A DNA stretch of 64,000 nucleotides from Paraspadella gotoi (lineage: Eukaryota > Animalia > Chaetognatha), in NCBI GenBank assembly GCA_051294375.1, contig CM119271.1, positions 4,476,876 through 4,540,875 of the forward strand, in the 5' to 3' direction. Positions 24,737-37,369 of this stretch are shown piece after piece; position 1 is the first letter of the stretch, and every line of letters starts with the position of its first letter. The position numbers and the translations under genes were made by a program. The notes under the pieces are model-generated. The model made no database searches, was not told where the DNA came from, and was given only the letters and a program-made list of their open reading frames with translations.

Positions 24737-25581
24737 AGAGAGAAGAGAGAGAGAGGCAGTACTTGCCTAGTTGCAAACCGAGGCAGGTTATACAGAAAGA
24801 AGATTATTAAGGGAAAGGCAGAGCTGGCGAAAAAATATTGCCGGCAAGGCTGACGCGTTAATGGGAGCCCAGGGTTGGTTGGCCTCCTTTTTTTTTCCTT
24901 TTTTTTCTTTTTTTCCTTTTTTCTTGTTCATTTCCTTCCTTTTTTTTTCGCTCCGGATTCAAGATGAGAAAAAAAAACCTGGAAGAGGATTTTTAGCCGA
25001 GACGCGATAATGGCCTCGGCAGGCCCTCGCCGCTTCCACCATTGTTTCCCCGCTGGCGCTCCTTACCCTAAACTTACCCTTGCTTTTGAAAAAGCGAGAA
25101 TGAAAAAAAGGAGAGGAATCCAAGTTGACAGAGTCTGAGGTGCTTTGGTCTCGACTGAGGTTTTACTTAAACTATTGGCGGGGTGAACCTCGGCAGTTGG
25201 AAATGCCCTTAACAGATATTCGGACATTCAAACCATCCAAGATTAAACATTTTAATATTTTTAAATTGTTCATTTATCAATCGTTCCAGTTTAGATTATG
25301 AACAAACTCGTTTGTGGGAGGAACAATCTAAAAAAATAAATACGGTAAAAGATGTTAAAAATAAAAAACCTATGTGTTAAGAATGTGAATAAGTTAGATG
25401 TAAAAATAAAATTGGAAACAAAAATCTCGAATAAAGTCGAAAATGGAAATATTATCGAAAATAAGAAAAGGAATAAGACTGTGAAACTTAGGAAGTGGAT
25501 GAAGAGGGAAAAAAAAGTTGGCAGACTCATTCCGGTAGCAGATTTGGTGAGGAGAAAAGGTGAGAATTGCAAGGTAATACT

Positions 25582-25651
<70 letters not shown>

Positions 25652-28600
25652 CGATCACTTCCTTAATGGTAAAACCCGTTTTTTGGCTTCCTCCCTCCCT
25701 CTGGCGGGGTCCGTGATTAACTTACCACCGGCCAAAAAAATGAGGGTAATTCCACGGACCTTCTGGCCCCTTATGCCCCGTTGGGCGTCTTGCGTCGACC
25801 CTACCTTCCCTAAACTCCGCTCCCTGAACCGCATCCACACATTCTCGACGGCCTTCCTTCGCTCAGCCACCATCTCCCCTCGCCCCGACCCCAGTGGCAC
25901 CGACGGGGGGGTCGTCGAGCGCTCGCGTGGATTCTCGCTTATCCATCGACTTTCGGGGCAAAGAAAAAAAAACAAGATTTAAAACGCGATGGATTTTTTT
26001 TTTTTTTTTTTGAGGGGAGAAGTGACTATCGAGAAAAACGAAACACAAAGCTTCGAATTTCGGTGTTAAGTTTGTTGAATATTGACTTCTGAATGTTAAC
26101 TGTCAATATGTTAATAAATGTTAATAAATTCCTGACGTGGAATACTAAATTTACATTTTTGTAACAATACAAAACGCGCTAAGCAATTTTTGATGCTTTA
26201 GTTGAAAGTTAAAACAAACACGAATCGTCTAGACTCTTGGACAAATTAAAATAATAAAAATCAAAATTAAAGTTAACCATTAATAACTTACTAATTCATT
26301 TTGAGATGTTCAAACAGAAATATCTTACTATGATTTTGATTGACGGGTCAGCTTCGGTATCACCTCTTATAATGGGAAATCACACGGTCAAATTTTCTTT
26401 TTGGGTCTATGAGAATATAAACTTTACTATTTCCAACGAATTAAAATGCACTATTTTTGTTTTTGTTTTGTTTTGCTTATTCCAGATATGATTCCATTTA
26501 ATTAATGTTATCAGAATGCTGTCAGGGAAATGTCATTTAAAGAAGGCGNNNNNNNNNNNNNNNNNNNNNNNNNNNNNNNNNNNNNNNNNNNNNNNNNNNN
26601 NNNNNNNNNNNNNNNNNNNNNNNNNNNNNNNNNNNNNNNNNNNNNNNNNNNNNNNNNNNNNNNNNNNNNNNNNNNNNNNNNNNNNNNNNNNNNNNNNNNN
26701 NNNNNNNNNNNNNNNNNNNNNNNNNNNNNNNNNNNNNNNNNNNNNNNNNNNNNNNNNNNNNNNNNNNNNNNNNNNNNNNNNNNNNNNNNNNNNNNNNNNN
26801 NNNNNNNNNNNNNNNNNNNNNNNNNNNNNNNNNNNNNNNNNNNNNNNNNNNNNNNNNNNNNNNNNNNNNNNNNNNNNNNNNNNNNNNNNNNNNNNNNNNN
26901 NNNNNNNNNNNNNNNNNNNNNNNNNNNNNNNNNNNNNNNNNNNNNNNNNNNNNNNNNNNNNNNNNNNNNNNNNNNNNNNNNNNNNNNNNNNNNNNNNNNN
27001 NNNNNNNNNNNNNNNNNNNNNNNNNNNNNNNNNNNNNNNNNNNNNNNNNNNNNNNNNNNNNNNNNNNNNNNNNNNNNNNNNNNNNNNNNNNNNNNNNNNN
27101 NNNNNNNNNNNNNNNNNNNNNNNNNNNNNNNNNNNNNNNNNNNNNNNNNNNNNNNNNNNNNNNNNNNNNNNNNNNNNNNNNNNNNNNNNNNNNNNNNNNN
27201 NNNNNNNNNNNNNNNNNNNNNNNNNNNNNNNNNNNNNNNNNNNNNNNNNNNNNNNNNNNNNNNNNNNNNNNNNNNNNNNNNNNNNNNNNNNNNNNNNNNN
27301 NNNNNNNNNNNNNNNNNNNNNNNNNNNNNNNNNNNNNNNNNNNNNNNNNNNNNNNNNNNNNNNNNNNNNNNNNNNNNNNNNNNNNNNNNNNNNNNNNNNN
27401 NNNNNNNNNNNNNNNNNNNNNNNNNNNNNNNNNNNNNNNNNNNNNNNNNNNNNNNNNNNNNNNNNNNNNNNNNNNNNNNNNNNNNNNNNNNNNNNNNNNN
27501 NNNNNNNNNNNNNNNNNNNNNNNNNNNNNNNNNNNNNNNNNNCTTCTACTCTTTCACTTAACCCTCTTTTCGTAAACCCTTCACAATTCACATTCAATTT
27601 TCTTCTCTCTCACACCTTTTCTCAAACGTCACAGTTTTTCCTCCGACCTTTCACACGGAAACCCTTTACCAAAATTCGTTCACTCAACCGTTTCAAATCA
27701 TATTTTTACTTCTCTTCAACCCAATCTTTTTAGTTGCGCCGCGAGTACTCGCGGAGCAACTNNNNNNNNNNNNNNNNNNNNNNNNNNNNNNNNNNNNNNN
27801 NNNNNNNNNNNNNNNNNNNNNNNNNNNNNNNNNNNNNNNNNNNNNNNNNNNNNNNNNNNNNNNNNNNNNNNNNNNNNNNNNNNNNNNNNNNNNNNNNNNN
27901 NNNNNNNNNNNNNNNNNNNNNNNNNNNNNNNNNNNNNNNNNNNNNNNNNNNNNNNNNNNNNNNNNNNNNNNNNNNNNNNNNNNNNNNNNNNNNNNNNNNN
28001 NNNATAGAATACATACAAACAAAAGTATCCATTCATTCAATAATCTATCTTTGGGAATGCTATGTTAAGGTCTCCTTTCTTCTTACAACCCCCTTTTAAG
28101 CTTTCCTATCAATGAAGTGGTATAATGTTTTTATCAACTGTTTTAGTAATAACCACTCTCTAGAAGAAGAAGAAAATGATTCCAGAATCCATATTCCCAA
28201 TTATCTCGCTTAATTCCCCGCTCGTAACCCAAACTAAAAAACTCGGACATATCTCTCACTAATTGATGGTCAAGAAGAAAGTCACGACGTTTCCCCCATA
28301 AAAAAATCCCATTCTTCCGCCCATTCCCGACCCCGCTTAACTCCTCCCCCTTCCATTCCCCACAAATATCCAACGAACATCACGACTCCATTCTTAAGTC
28401 CCTCCCCTTCGCTTTCCCGTCCTAATCGTTTCTNNNNNNNNNNNNNNNNNNNNNNNNNNNNNNNNNNNNNNNNNNNNNNNNNNNNNNNNNNNNNNNNNNN
28501 NNNNNNNNNNNNNNNNNNNNNNNNNNNNNNNNNNNNNNNNNNNNNNNNNNNNNNNCTGCAGTGCGTGTCATAAATACACAGGCTTAGAAAGTTATCGTAG

Positions 28601-29980
28601 ACATTGTAATAATGTCATGTCGCGTCATGTCATATCACGTCATCTCATGTCATGAGTAATACACATACCAGTCACTGCGGCGCAATACCATTTGAATTAC
28701 CGTTCTTGTTTTTTCCCGACCCGCTCAAAAATCCCACCTCCCCTCACCTGTGCGACATTTGAGACAATGGCCGCTGTAATTGCCTCAAGATTCCCGAATC
28801 ATTTTTATGCCCTTATCTCCGCGGAAAGATTTTTTTTTTCCCCTCTCATGATCTCATTCAGGAAATGGCCTTTTCCATTCTGATCCCTTTTTTTCGGGGG
28901 CTATTTCGTACCAGCTCTTTCGTTTGCATTCTTAATGTTTTAATATTATGTTAAATTTACCTTTCTTCGTTTCATTTTCTTCCTGAATATACCTTATCCA
29001 ACATTTAACGTGCCAAGATCTTTTTCTTAACTTCCCAATTAAGAATAAAATATCCGAACCCCGAATCTTCGTTCATCAATCCCTCGTCTCTAGTCCTCAG
29101 ATCCCAGTCCCCAGTTCCCAGTCCCCGATCCCCAGTCTCCATTCGTTGAACCCTCTTCTTCGCCATTTGCCCGGAAACATGCGAGAGTCATTCACGTCGG
29201 AATCTCGCCGATCAACTTCTCATTTCTAAGAAATCTCGTGACCCACTTTTCGGCCTTCGTAAAAATGACCATCAGTTTCTGACTGAGAGAGCGTCTCTAA
29301 GATCTCCAACGTAGGGGGCGTCGGAAGCGGCAGAGCGGCAGCGGAATCGGCTGCGTCGGAAGCGGCAGAGCGGCAGCGGAATTGGCTGCGTCCGAATAGA
29401 ATAGAGCGGTATAGAAATGATGAGCAAGGTCCCTGGTTCGAGGCTGATGTCTGGAATTTTTGCATTTCTTTTAAAACTTACTCTCGCGATGTGAGTTCAT
29501 CGCTGTTAAATCAACGGCTCTCTTTTCCAAAGAGCACCGTTTCTGTTCCTTAATCCTTGAATTTAATTTTAACCTTAATATTTAAATATAATCCGTTACC
29601 AAACTACTTAATTTTGAATTTAAAACGAATTGGGGCGTTCTGAGAAAATAAAGCCAAATCGGCTTGGAATCACCAGGAGCTAACCCATCCCTCCTGCACG
29701 ACTGTTTTTAAACCGGAAACAACAACTACAACAACAACAACCGACGGACGACCGGATCTGCAGAAGATGTTGCCTTTGAAGCTGAGTCGGTGGCGGCGCT
29801 GCGATCGCTATGAGTAAAGGAAGAATTTATGGACGGTGAAGAGTCAACGATTAGGAGGGCAGAGCGGGGGAAGAGGAATGAAGAGGAGGAAGGGTGTGGG
29901 GAGAGGGAGAAAGGAAGAGGGGAAGTAAAAGAAGAATAGGGAAATGTTGAAAGGGAGAGAGGGGGAAAAAGAGGTAAGGG

Positions 29981-30021
<41 letters not shown>

Positions 30022-31009
30022 GAAGAGGGGAAGAGGGGAAGTAAAAGAATAATAGTGAAATGTTGAAAGGGAGAGAGGGGGAAACATAAAAAGAGATAGG
30101 GGGAAACAGAAAAAGGGATAGGGAGAGAGAGAGAGAGAGAGAGTGAGAGAGAGAGAGAGTATGGTAGGGAAGGAGAGAAAAGGGGAAGCATAGATTTGAG
30201 AGAAAGGTGTGTGTTGAGAAATAAAGGTGTATTAAAGAGAGAGCGGAGAAGCAGACGGAAAAAAAATTGAAAAGAGAAAGAGAAAGAGAGAAAGTCCGAA
30301 AGAAGTTTTTACGATCTGAAAATGATAAAAAATGATCTGTTTAAGGGGGAACGATCTAATGTTTCTTCCTCTTTATTAGGCAATAAATTTCGTCAGGAAG
30401 ATTGAAAAAAAAAAAGAAATCTTGTCTTATTTAAAAACAAGAAAGTTTTTTCTTTTTCTAGAACATTTTTTTTTCTACGCGCATTAAAATTTCTTTTCAT
30501 TTCTTCTCTCTCTCTCTNNNNNNNNNNNNNNNNNNNNNNNNNNNNNNNNNNNNNNNNNNNNNNNNNNNNNNNNNNNNNNNNNNNNNNNNNNNNNNNNNNN
30601 NNNNNNNNNNNNNNNNNNNNNNNNNNNNNNNNNNNNNNNNNNNNNNNNNNNNNNNNNNNNNNNNNNNNNNNNNNNNNNNNNNNNNNNNNNNNNNNNNNNN
30701 NNNNNNNNNNNNNNNNNNNNNNNNNNNNNNNNNNNNNNNNNNNNNNNNNNNNNNNNNNNNNNNNNNNNNNNNNNNCCGCCGCCCGCCGCCCGGAAAGAAA
30801 TTAAATTAATCCCGAACCAAAATCCATTTGTTGACGAAAACCGGGGACGTCACTTTTTTTTTTCTCGCCGAGCGGGGGACAATTACTTGGACTAATCGCT
30901 CGTCGATGTCGTCGTCGTTGTTGTCGTTGTCATCGTCGTTTTGTTTCCGTCTTGTCGTAACTGACAATTCTATTGTGATTCATATTCGCTGTCATCCTCG
31001 TCCTTGTCT

Positions 31010-31275
31010 TCTTCAATGTCATAGTCATCTTTGATGTCATCCTGCTTGTCATCGTCATGGTCATCTACGTAGTAATCATCTTCGTCGTCGTTTTCATCGT
31101 TTTCTTCAGCGTCATCGATATCTTCGTGGTCATCTTCCTTGTCGTCGTCATGGTCATCTACATAGCAGGCTTCTTCGTCGTCCTTATCATCGTCGTCGTC
31201 ATCCTCTTTTTCATCTTCCTAGTCGTCGTCATGGTCATCTCCATAGTCATCATCATAGTCGCTATCATCGTCGTC
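31010..31275. repeat. (TCA/TCG)n degenerate trinucleotide repeat with recurring tcgtcatggtcatct block
   Basis: The block recurs at about 31052, 31145 and 31226. Confidence 0.8.
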
Positions 31276-33240
31276 NNNNNNNNNNNNNNNNNNNNNNNNN
31301 NNNNNNNNNNNNNNNNNNNNNNNNNNNNNNNNNNNNNNNNNNNNNNNNNNNNNNNNNNNNNNNNNNNNNNNNNNNNNNNNNNNNNNNNNNNNNNNNNNNN
31401 NNNNNNNNNNNNNNNNNNNNNNNNNNNNNNNNNNNNNNNNNNNNNNNNNNNNNNNNNNNNNNNNNNNNNNNNNNNNNNNNNNNNNNNNNNNNNNNNNNNN
31501 NNNNNNNNNNNNNNNNNNNNNNNNNNNNNNNNNNNNNNNNNNNNNNNNNNNNNNNNNNNNNNNACGACGTCACGCTTTTTCTTTCGCTCATTTTCGTCCG
31601 TCAATTTTCGTATTAAATATTTGGTAACATACGTATTAGGCGCTTTTAAATTGTCTGGCCTTTTAAACTCACCACTGCCTTTTCCAAATTTATGAAGCAA
31701 GACAACAACAATCGATATAAATCTCATAACTCATATTAAATCCGGTAGCAGTCGCTCCTTGCTACCAGAGGATCGATTTGCGGCCTGAAAGATTTACTGC
31801 CACGCGTTCGAATATCCTCGTAATCCGGTTAAATCGCGTGATCGGGCGTCGACCAGCGACGCTTTTTTGATCGCGAGATTCGTGATTCGCGGTTTACGGT
31901 CGCGTCAAAGGAAATCTTACGAGGGCGTGAGAGGAGGAGATGGTGAAGTGAATGAGGTGAAGAGCGGAGGTCGTCGAGATAAAAAATAGCGGAGGAAATG
32001 AGATGAATCGCATTTATTGAAATAAGCGAACGGAATCGAAATTGTGACTTGCATCCGATTTAGATTCTTGAGTTAGATTCCTCTGCCATGGTAAATAATT
32101 CTAAAAATAATATCCAAATGAGGTAAAGTTCTGCGGCCGACGTTTGAACATATAATAATACCAGGATATCCAATGGAGTTTGGAATAAACAGACGGGGGA
32201 TCGCTAACGATCCCCGTTACGATCCCCTCGTCATCCCCGATTTCTCAAGTGGTCGAAGTGATCTTTAAACCCACAACACGTGACGCTCACCTCCGAACGG
32301 TAAGATCAAAGGGAATTCGCTTAAATCAAAGTCGATGGCGGTTAGATGAAAGAGAAAATGGCGGTTATATCAAATCGAACTGCGGAAGATTCGAAGCGAA
32401 GGAGAAAGGTCAAAGGCGACTGCATCGACATAACCTGGATCACTGTCAATTCTAACCCAATTCTAACCAAACTTTCTAACCCAAGGTTTCTCCCAACCTC
32501 GGATTATCCAAATGCTGCATAGATTCCGATTTTTACATTTAAACTATACGTCGATTCTAAGCCTGACACTAAATCACGTTGGATCTTCATGATCTCAACT
32601 CGCATGACACTTGCCCCGCGACGTCGTCTAAAAATTCACTTCTGACCCCAAACGTCATTTCACTTCTGACCCTTCCGTCATTTCGCGTCATTTAGCGTCA
32701 TTTCCGGTTCACTAACGACCTACGCGTCTCAATGAGAAATCGAGATGCGGCGTCACGAATCGTTAATGAGAATCTCGGTCGAAAAAAAAGTGACGTCGTT
32801 AATGATGTCCTCAAATCCGCGAAAAAGATTAGCGATATTTCGTGACGTCATTGGCGATGCTCTTAAAAAGAACAAAACTGTTCTTTTTTTTTTCGTGCTG
32901 TACAGTTTTAGTTTAAATAAATATTTATCATTTTAAACCAGATGTGTGTGTGTGTGAGAGAGAGAGAGNNNNNNNNNNNNNNNNNNNNNNNNNNNNNNNN
33001 NNNNNNNNNNNNNNNNNNNNNNNNNNNNNNNNNNNNNNNNNNNNNNNNNNNNNNNNNNNNNNNNNNNNNNNNNNNNNNNNNNNNNNNNNNNNNNNNNNNN
33101 NNNNNNNNNNNNNNNNNNNNNNNNNNNNNNNNNNNNNNNNNNNNNNNNNNNNNNNNNNNNNNNNNNNNNNNNNNNNNNNNNNNNTGCCATGCGGACGATC
33201 GTCGTAGAGTTCCCCTCGTCCCGCTCCGACAACTCGAAGA

Positions 33241-33330
33241 GACGTCAAACTGACGTCTAAATTGACGTCAAACTGACGTCTAAATTGACGTCAAACTGAC
33301 GTCTAAACTGACGTCTAAGTTGACGTCAAA
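33241..33330. repeat. 11-12-bp TGACGTC minisatellite
   Basis: Eight GACGTC cores alternating TGACGTCAAAC and TGACGTCTAAAT. Confidence 0.85.
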
Positions 33331-34479
33331 GACGCGGATAACGTCGTCGACGTCGTCTTCGAATTACGTCCTTGAATCGGACGCTTTACTCGCTTCGATC
33401 GTTACTCCTCTTTATGGCCTCGCAATGCGCTGAATTGTCGCCAAGGTAACCATCAAAGGATCTCATCGATTTGCAACTTGCCCCTTTTTTTTCATGAGTA
33501 GATGTAGAGTAAGAGAGAGAAGAAGCGAGGATAACGAAGAGAGAGAGAGAGAGAGAAGAGAGATGTTGCTGCGGACGAATCCGTCCGTAGAGTTCCTCTC
33601 GTCACGCTCCGACAAACTCGTATACTGAGTTATCGTCAAACTGAGGCGGGTCTCAATTGACGCAAACTGCAAACACGCTTCTAACATTAATGAACGGTAT
33701 CCGCAAGAATTGTCGCTTCCTATAAGTTCCATGACGTCTAAAGTTGACGTCATAGACGACGCCTGGAATAACGTCGTGACGTCGTTGCCTTTCGCATTAG
33801 ATGTAGACGCGTTTGGGACAACAAAGAGAAGGGTGCCCATGCGAATAACACTTGGACAGTCCGTGCGAGAAACGTAACTGTATTTTTGGAGGCGACTTCT
33901 AATCCCTCTAATTTGGAGTATTCATTGTGTTATTCGAAACTTCGTTAACTCTTTTCTTTATTCACTCTCCTCCTTTCTTCTATGCTGACCAGGGACCATC
34001 TTCGTCGCCACAATCAAACCAACGACGGTCGAGGGCGAGTCGTCTGCGCGCGCAGAGTGGCGCGACTGGAATTGGTCCGCCAGAAGCAAACATTGAAGGG
34101 TCGCCAGCCAATCCCAATATTGGCCATCTCAATCCACGATTTGCAACCTTGCCTCAACCCACCCCACTCCCTTTTTTTTGTGTGTGTGTGTGTGAGCTCT
34201 TTTGTTCTTTATCCTGTTTTCTCTTTTTTTTTCTGTGCGCTTACCTCCGTATTTANNNNNNNNNNNNNNNNNNNNNNNNNTTTTTTTTTATTATCTGTTT
34301 TAACCTTCCTTTTTTTGACTTTCCGCCCTTTTCCTTTTCTGTTCCCTTTTCCTTTACTGTTCCTTTTTCCTTTTCTGTTACTTTTTCCTTCTCTTTCGAA
34401 TCTATCATAAGAGTTTCTCTCAATTGTCAGCCTTATGGATTCTCGTTGCCAACCTTCTCTTTTAAGTTTAGATTCTCTA

Positions 34480-34900
34480 TTCCTTTTCTATTCTCTATTT
34501 CTTTTCGATTGTCAATTCCTTTTCTATTCTCTATTTCTTTTCTATTCTCAATTCCTTTTCTATTCTCAATACCTTTTCTATTCTCAATACCTTTTCTATT
34601 CTCTATTCCTTTTCTATTCTCTATTCTCTTTCAATTCTCTCTTCTTTTTCTATTCTCAATTCCTTTTCTGTTCTCAATTCCTTTTCTATTCTCAATTCCT
34701 TTTCTATTCTCAATACCTTTNNNNNNNNNNNNNNNNNNNNNNNNNATGCTGAATAGAGAAATAGAAAAGGAATTGAGAAATAGAAAGGAATAAAAAAGGA
34801 AAAGAAAGGAATTGGAGGAATGGAAAAGGAATATAGAGTAGAAGGAATCTGAGAATAGAAAAGGTATTGAGAATAGAAAAAGGAATTGGAAAATGAAAGG
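34480..34900. repeat. 18-bp minisatellite (TTCTATTCTCAATTCCTT)n, orientation inverted across a 25-N gap; also at about 40960-41070
   Basis: Direct reading of the units. The reverse complement (aaggaattgagaatagaa-like) follows 34745. Confidence 0.85.
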
Positions 34901-37136
34901 AATTGAGAAACAGAAAGAGTGACACAGAACACACAGACACAACGCACACTTGAAAAAAACGAGATAGAAATAGAAAGGGCATAGGGAGAATAGTAAAGGG
35001 TATTGGAGAAATCGGAAGTTTGGAAATAGACCGGAAATTGGGAATCGTTAGGCTGCAACTGCTTCAAATTCAGTGTAGATTCATTGTAGCTCGATTTTCT
35101 TTACCATCTTATTACTTTACTGAAGATTTTTTGCTTCATGACTGGAAAACAACAGAGTAACGAGATTAAATTGGTTTATTTCTCCCCCTCCGGCCCTTCT
35201 AAAAAAAGGCTATAAGCAGAATTGAAGGCAATATAAGAAGGCCGAATTGAACAATCGGAAAAGGAAATTAGAGAATAGAAAGGAATTAGGGGAGATAAAC
35301 TAAAGAGGGAGTGTGTTTAAGTATTATCGGCTAATGGGTGGAAGACATCTATTGCCATAATATAGTGTTTTATTGACCGATATCCTCGAGAGAAGTTAGA
35401 AAAAACACCTAAATCTTCTTATAGAATAAGATTGTTGCTCTCTGAAAGAGAAGCATGAAATAATAGATCATAGCAGAAAATGTGAGATACAAAAAGTGTT
35501 GTAGTGTATAAATTTAACGGACCACAAATGTGGTATACAAGAAAAAAATATATTGTGGAAAAAGGGAGGAGACAGAATCATATAGAACAGGGAAGGTTTC
35601 GCAAAAAACTAGAATTAATAGAAAAAAATATTATGTATGTATAGTTAGCTGAATAAATACTAAAAAAAAAAACAGGGATTTGGATTGCTATAATGAGGGG
35701 TAAAAAAATGCTTTCACACTTCCTCGATGATACACACATTCAACGCTCTCAAAACACAGAGGGAAGTTTGCAAATAATAGAAATTGAGATCGGATTATTG
35801 GATGTGTTTAGCTCTATGTGGGCGACAATCCACGCTCCATGTGCAGGTGACCGCCATTATTAGTGACCGCGTCTTTAAACGCATTTCGGAACACACGAGA
35901 GATTATTTAGCGTTAACATACACCTATATATCAAGAACGGTTAATATACGGAAGAAGGAAGAGTAATTCGGCTCAGAAGCGGAAGTTATTCAAAACAGAC
36001 ACAATCGGTATGGTCTTCTTGTTGGGACCTGCTCAACTTATGACTCAGTAGAGATCTGTTCTGTTCATCTGAGATGTAAATTGATAGGTCACGTCAGTGT
36101 TGGGGACGTCAATTTAGATTACCGACTTTTTTCAAGTTTGTTAGTAGTATAAGTTATTTCGATCCACTTCTGTGTGTTCTGTCTCTCTCGGGAGCGCGGC
36201 GTACGGCAGGGGAACTCTTTATCGACGATGGGATCCCGCATGAGCACAAGATGGGTATTCTCTTCGCCGTCGTTCTCAATCAAAGTCAAAAAAGTAAGAT
36301 ACAATATCTCAATAAATTTTGAATACTATATTTTCTCTAAGTACACGATTTCTAATTTTAATAGAGAAGAAAAATTTGAGAAAGGAAGCAAAGTTTTTTT
36401 GTTTTTTCGATTTATTGATTACACTAATGTCAAGTCGTAAAAAAAAATTAAAGGGAGGATGGGGGGGCGGGTGGGGGACGCAATTTCGTTTGTTTTTTTG
36501 CCATTTCTTCTCTCTGTGTTCATCTTCTAACACGTTCTCCTCCTAGAAAAATCTTATCTTACATTGTATTGTTTTGCCTCCTCTTTGAGGTTTTTAATTT
36601 CCTTCCTCTTCTCTTATTTCTTTCCGCTGGTTATTTGGACGCATTATAACTTTCCGTCCCGATTATTGGATTAATATCTCGATTTAGATCACTTCAAACT
36701 TACTTCTTAGTCGACGAAGCACGTCAACGACGATCGTGATATACGCGTCTCGACTTTGACGACTAGAGAACTCTAACGACATGCAACTCAGCTTTCTCGC
36801 CATACCGGGCAAAAATGAAACAACTAAAACTTATACTTAATCATTTTTAAATAAATCTAAAATTTTTTTCCCCCAACAAACAAAAAAAAGTAGATAACGA
36901 AAACTGATGATGATGATGAAGTCACTTCAGCTTTGTCATAACTGGACACACTATTACCTTCACAAGCAATGAAAAGACGACGAACGTGAGGACATTAAAC
37001 ACGTCTACCGTGTTGACAACTGACGTAAATAAAGGAACAACGCTCTGCAAACCGACGAAATCTGGGAGACCGTAAATTGCTTCAAAATGAAACGTTTCCG
37101 GTTACGGAGAGCGAAAGTAGATGGACGGCAACTTAC

Positions 37137-37369
37137 CACTTCCATCAGGACCGGCCGACACACAGTGACAACCCACAATAAGAGGGGTAAACTGGAAAGT
37201 CCAAAAAAAAGGGACCGCCGGACTTTTGGCGGGTGACTGATGAATGAAGGCGGCGCTGGAGGCGGGGCGGGCCGTTCATTTGAGACGGAGCGGCGGAACC
37301 GGGAACTTTGGGTTCGCGTTCGTTGATGAGTGGATAAGAGAAAGGGCTGCTCCTGGTCGGTGTTGGATC
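37137..37369 (-). other. Orphan exon-like island
   Basis: ctttctctcgcag|GA...GAA GTG|gtaagt, with strong splice signals. The open frame ends in hydrophobic LFFGLSSLPLLLWVVTVCRPVLMEV. It lies in probable read-derived gap fill. Confidence 0.35.

Noticed and set aside
26516-27733. Long ORFs of 340-405 aa and the many other X-filled ORFs
   Set aside because: Open only because they run through N gaps.
33927-35067. FLFSIP / IENRKG repeat proteins
   Set aside because: Translations of the 18-bp minisatellite.
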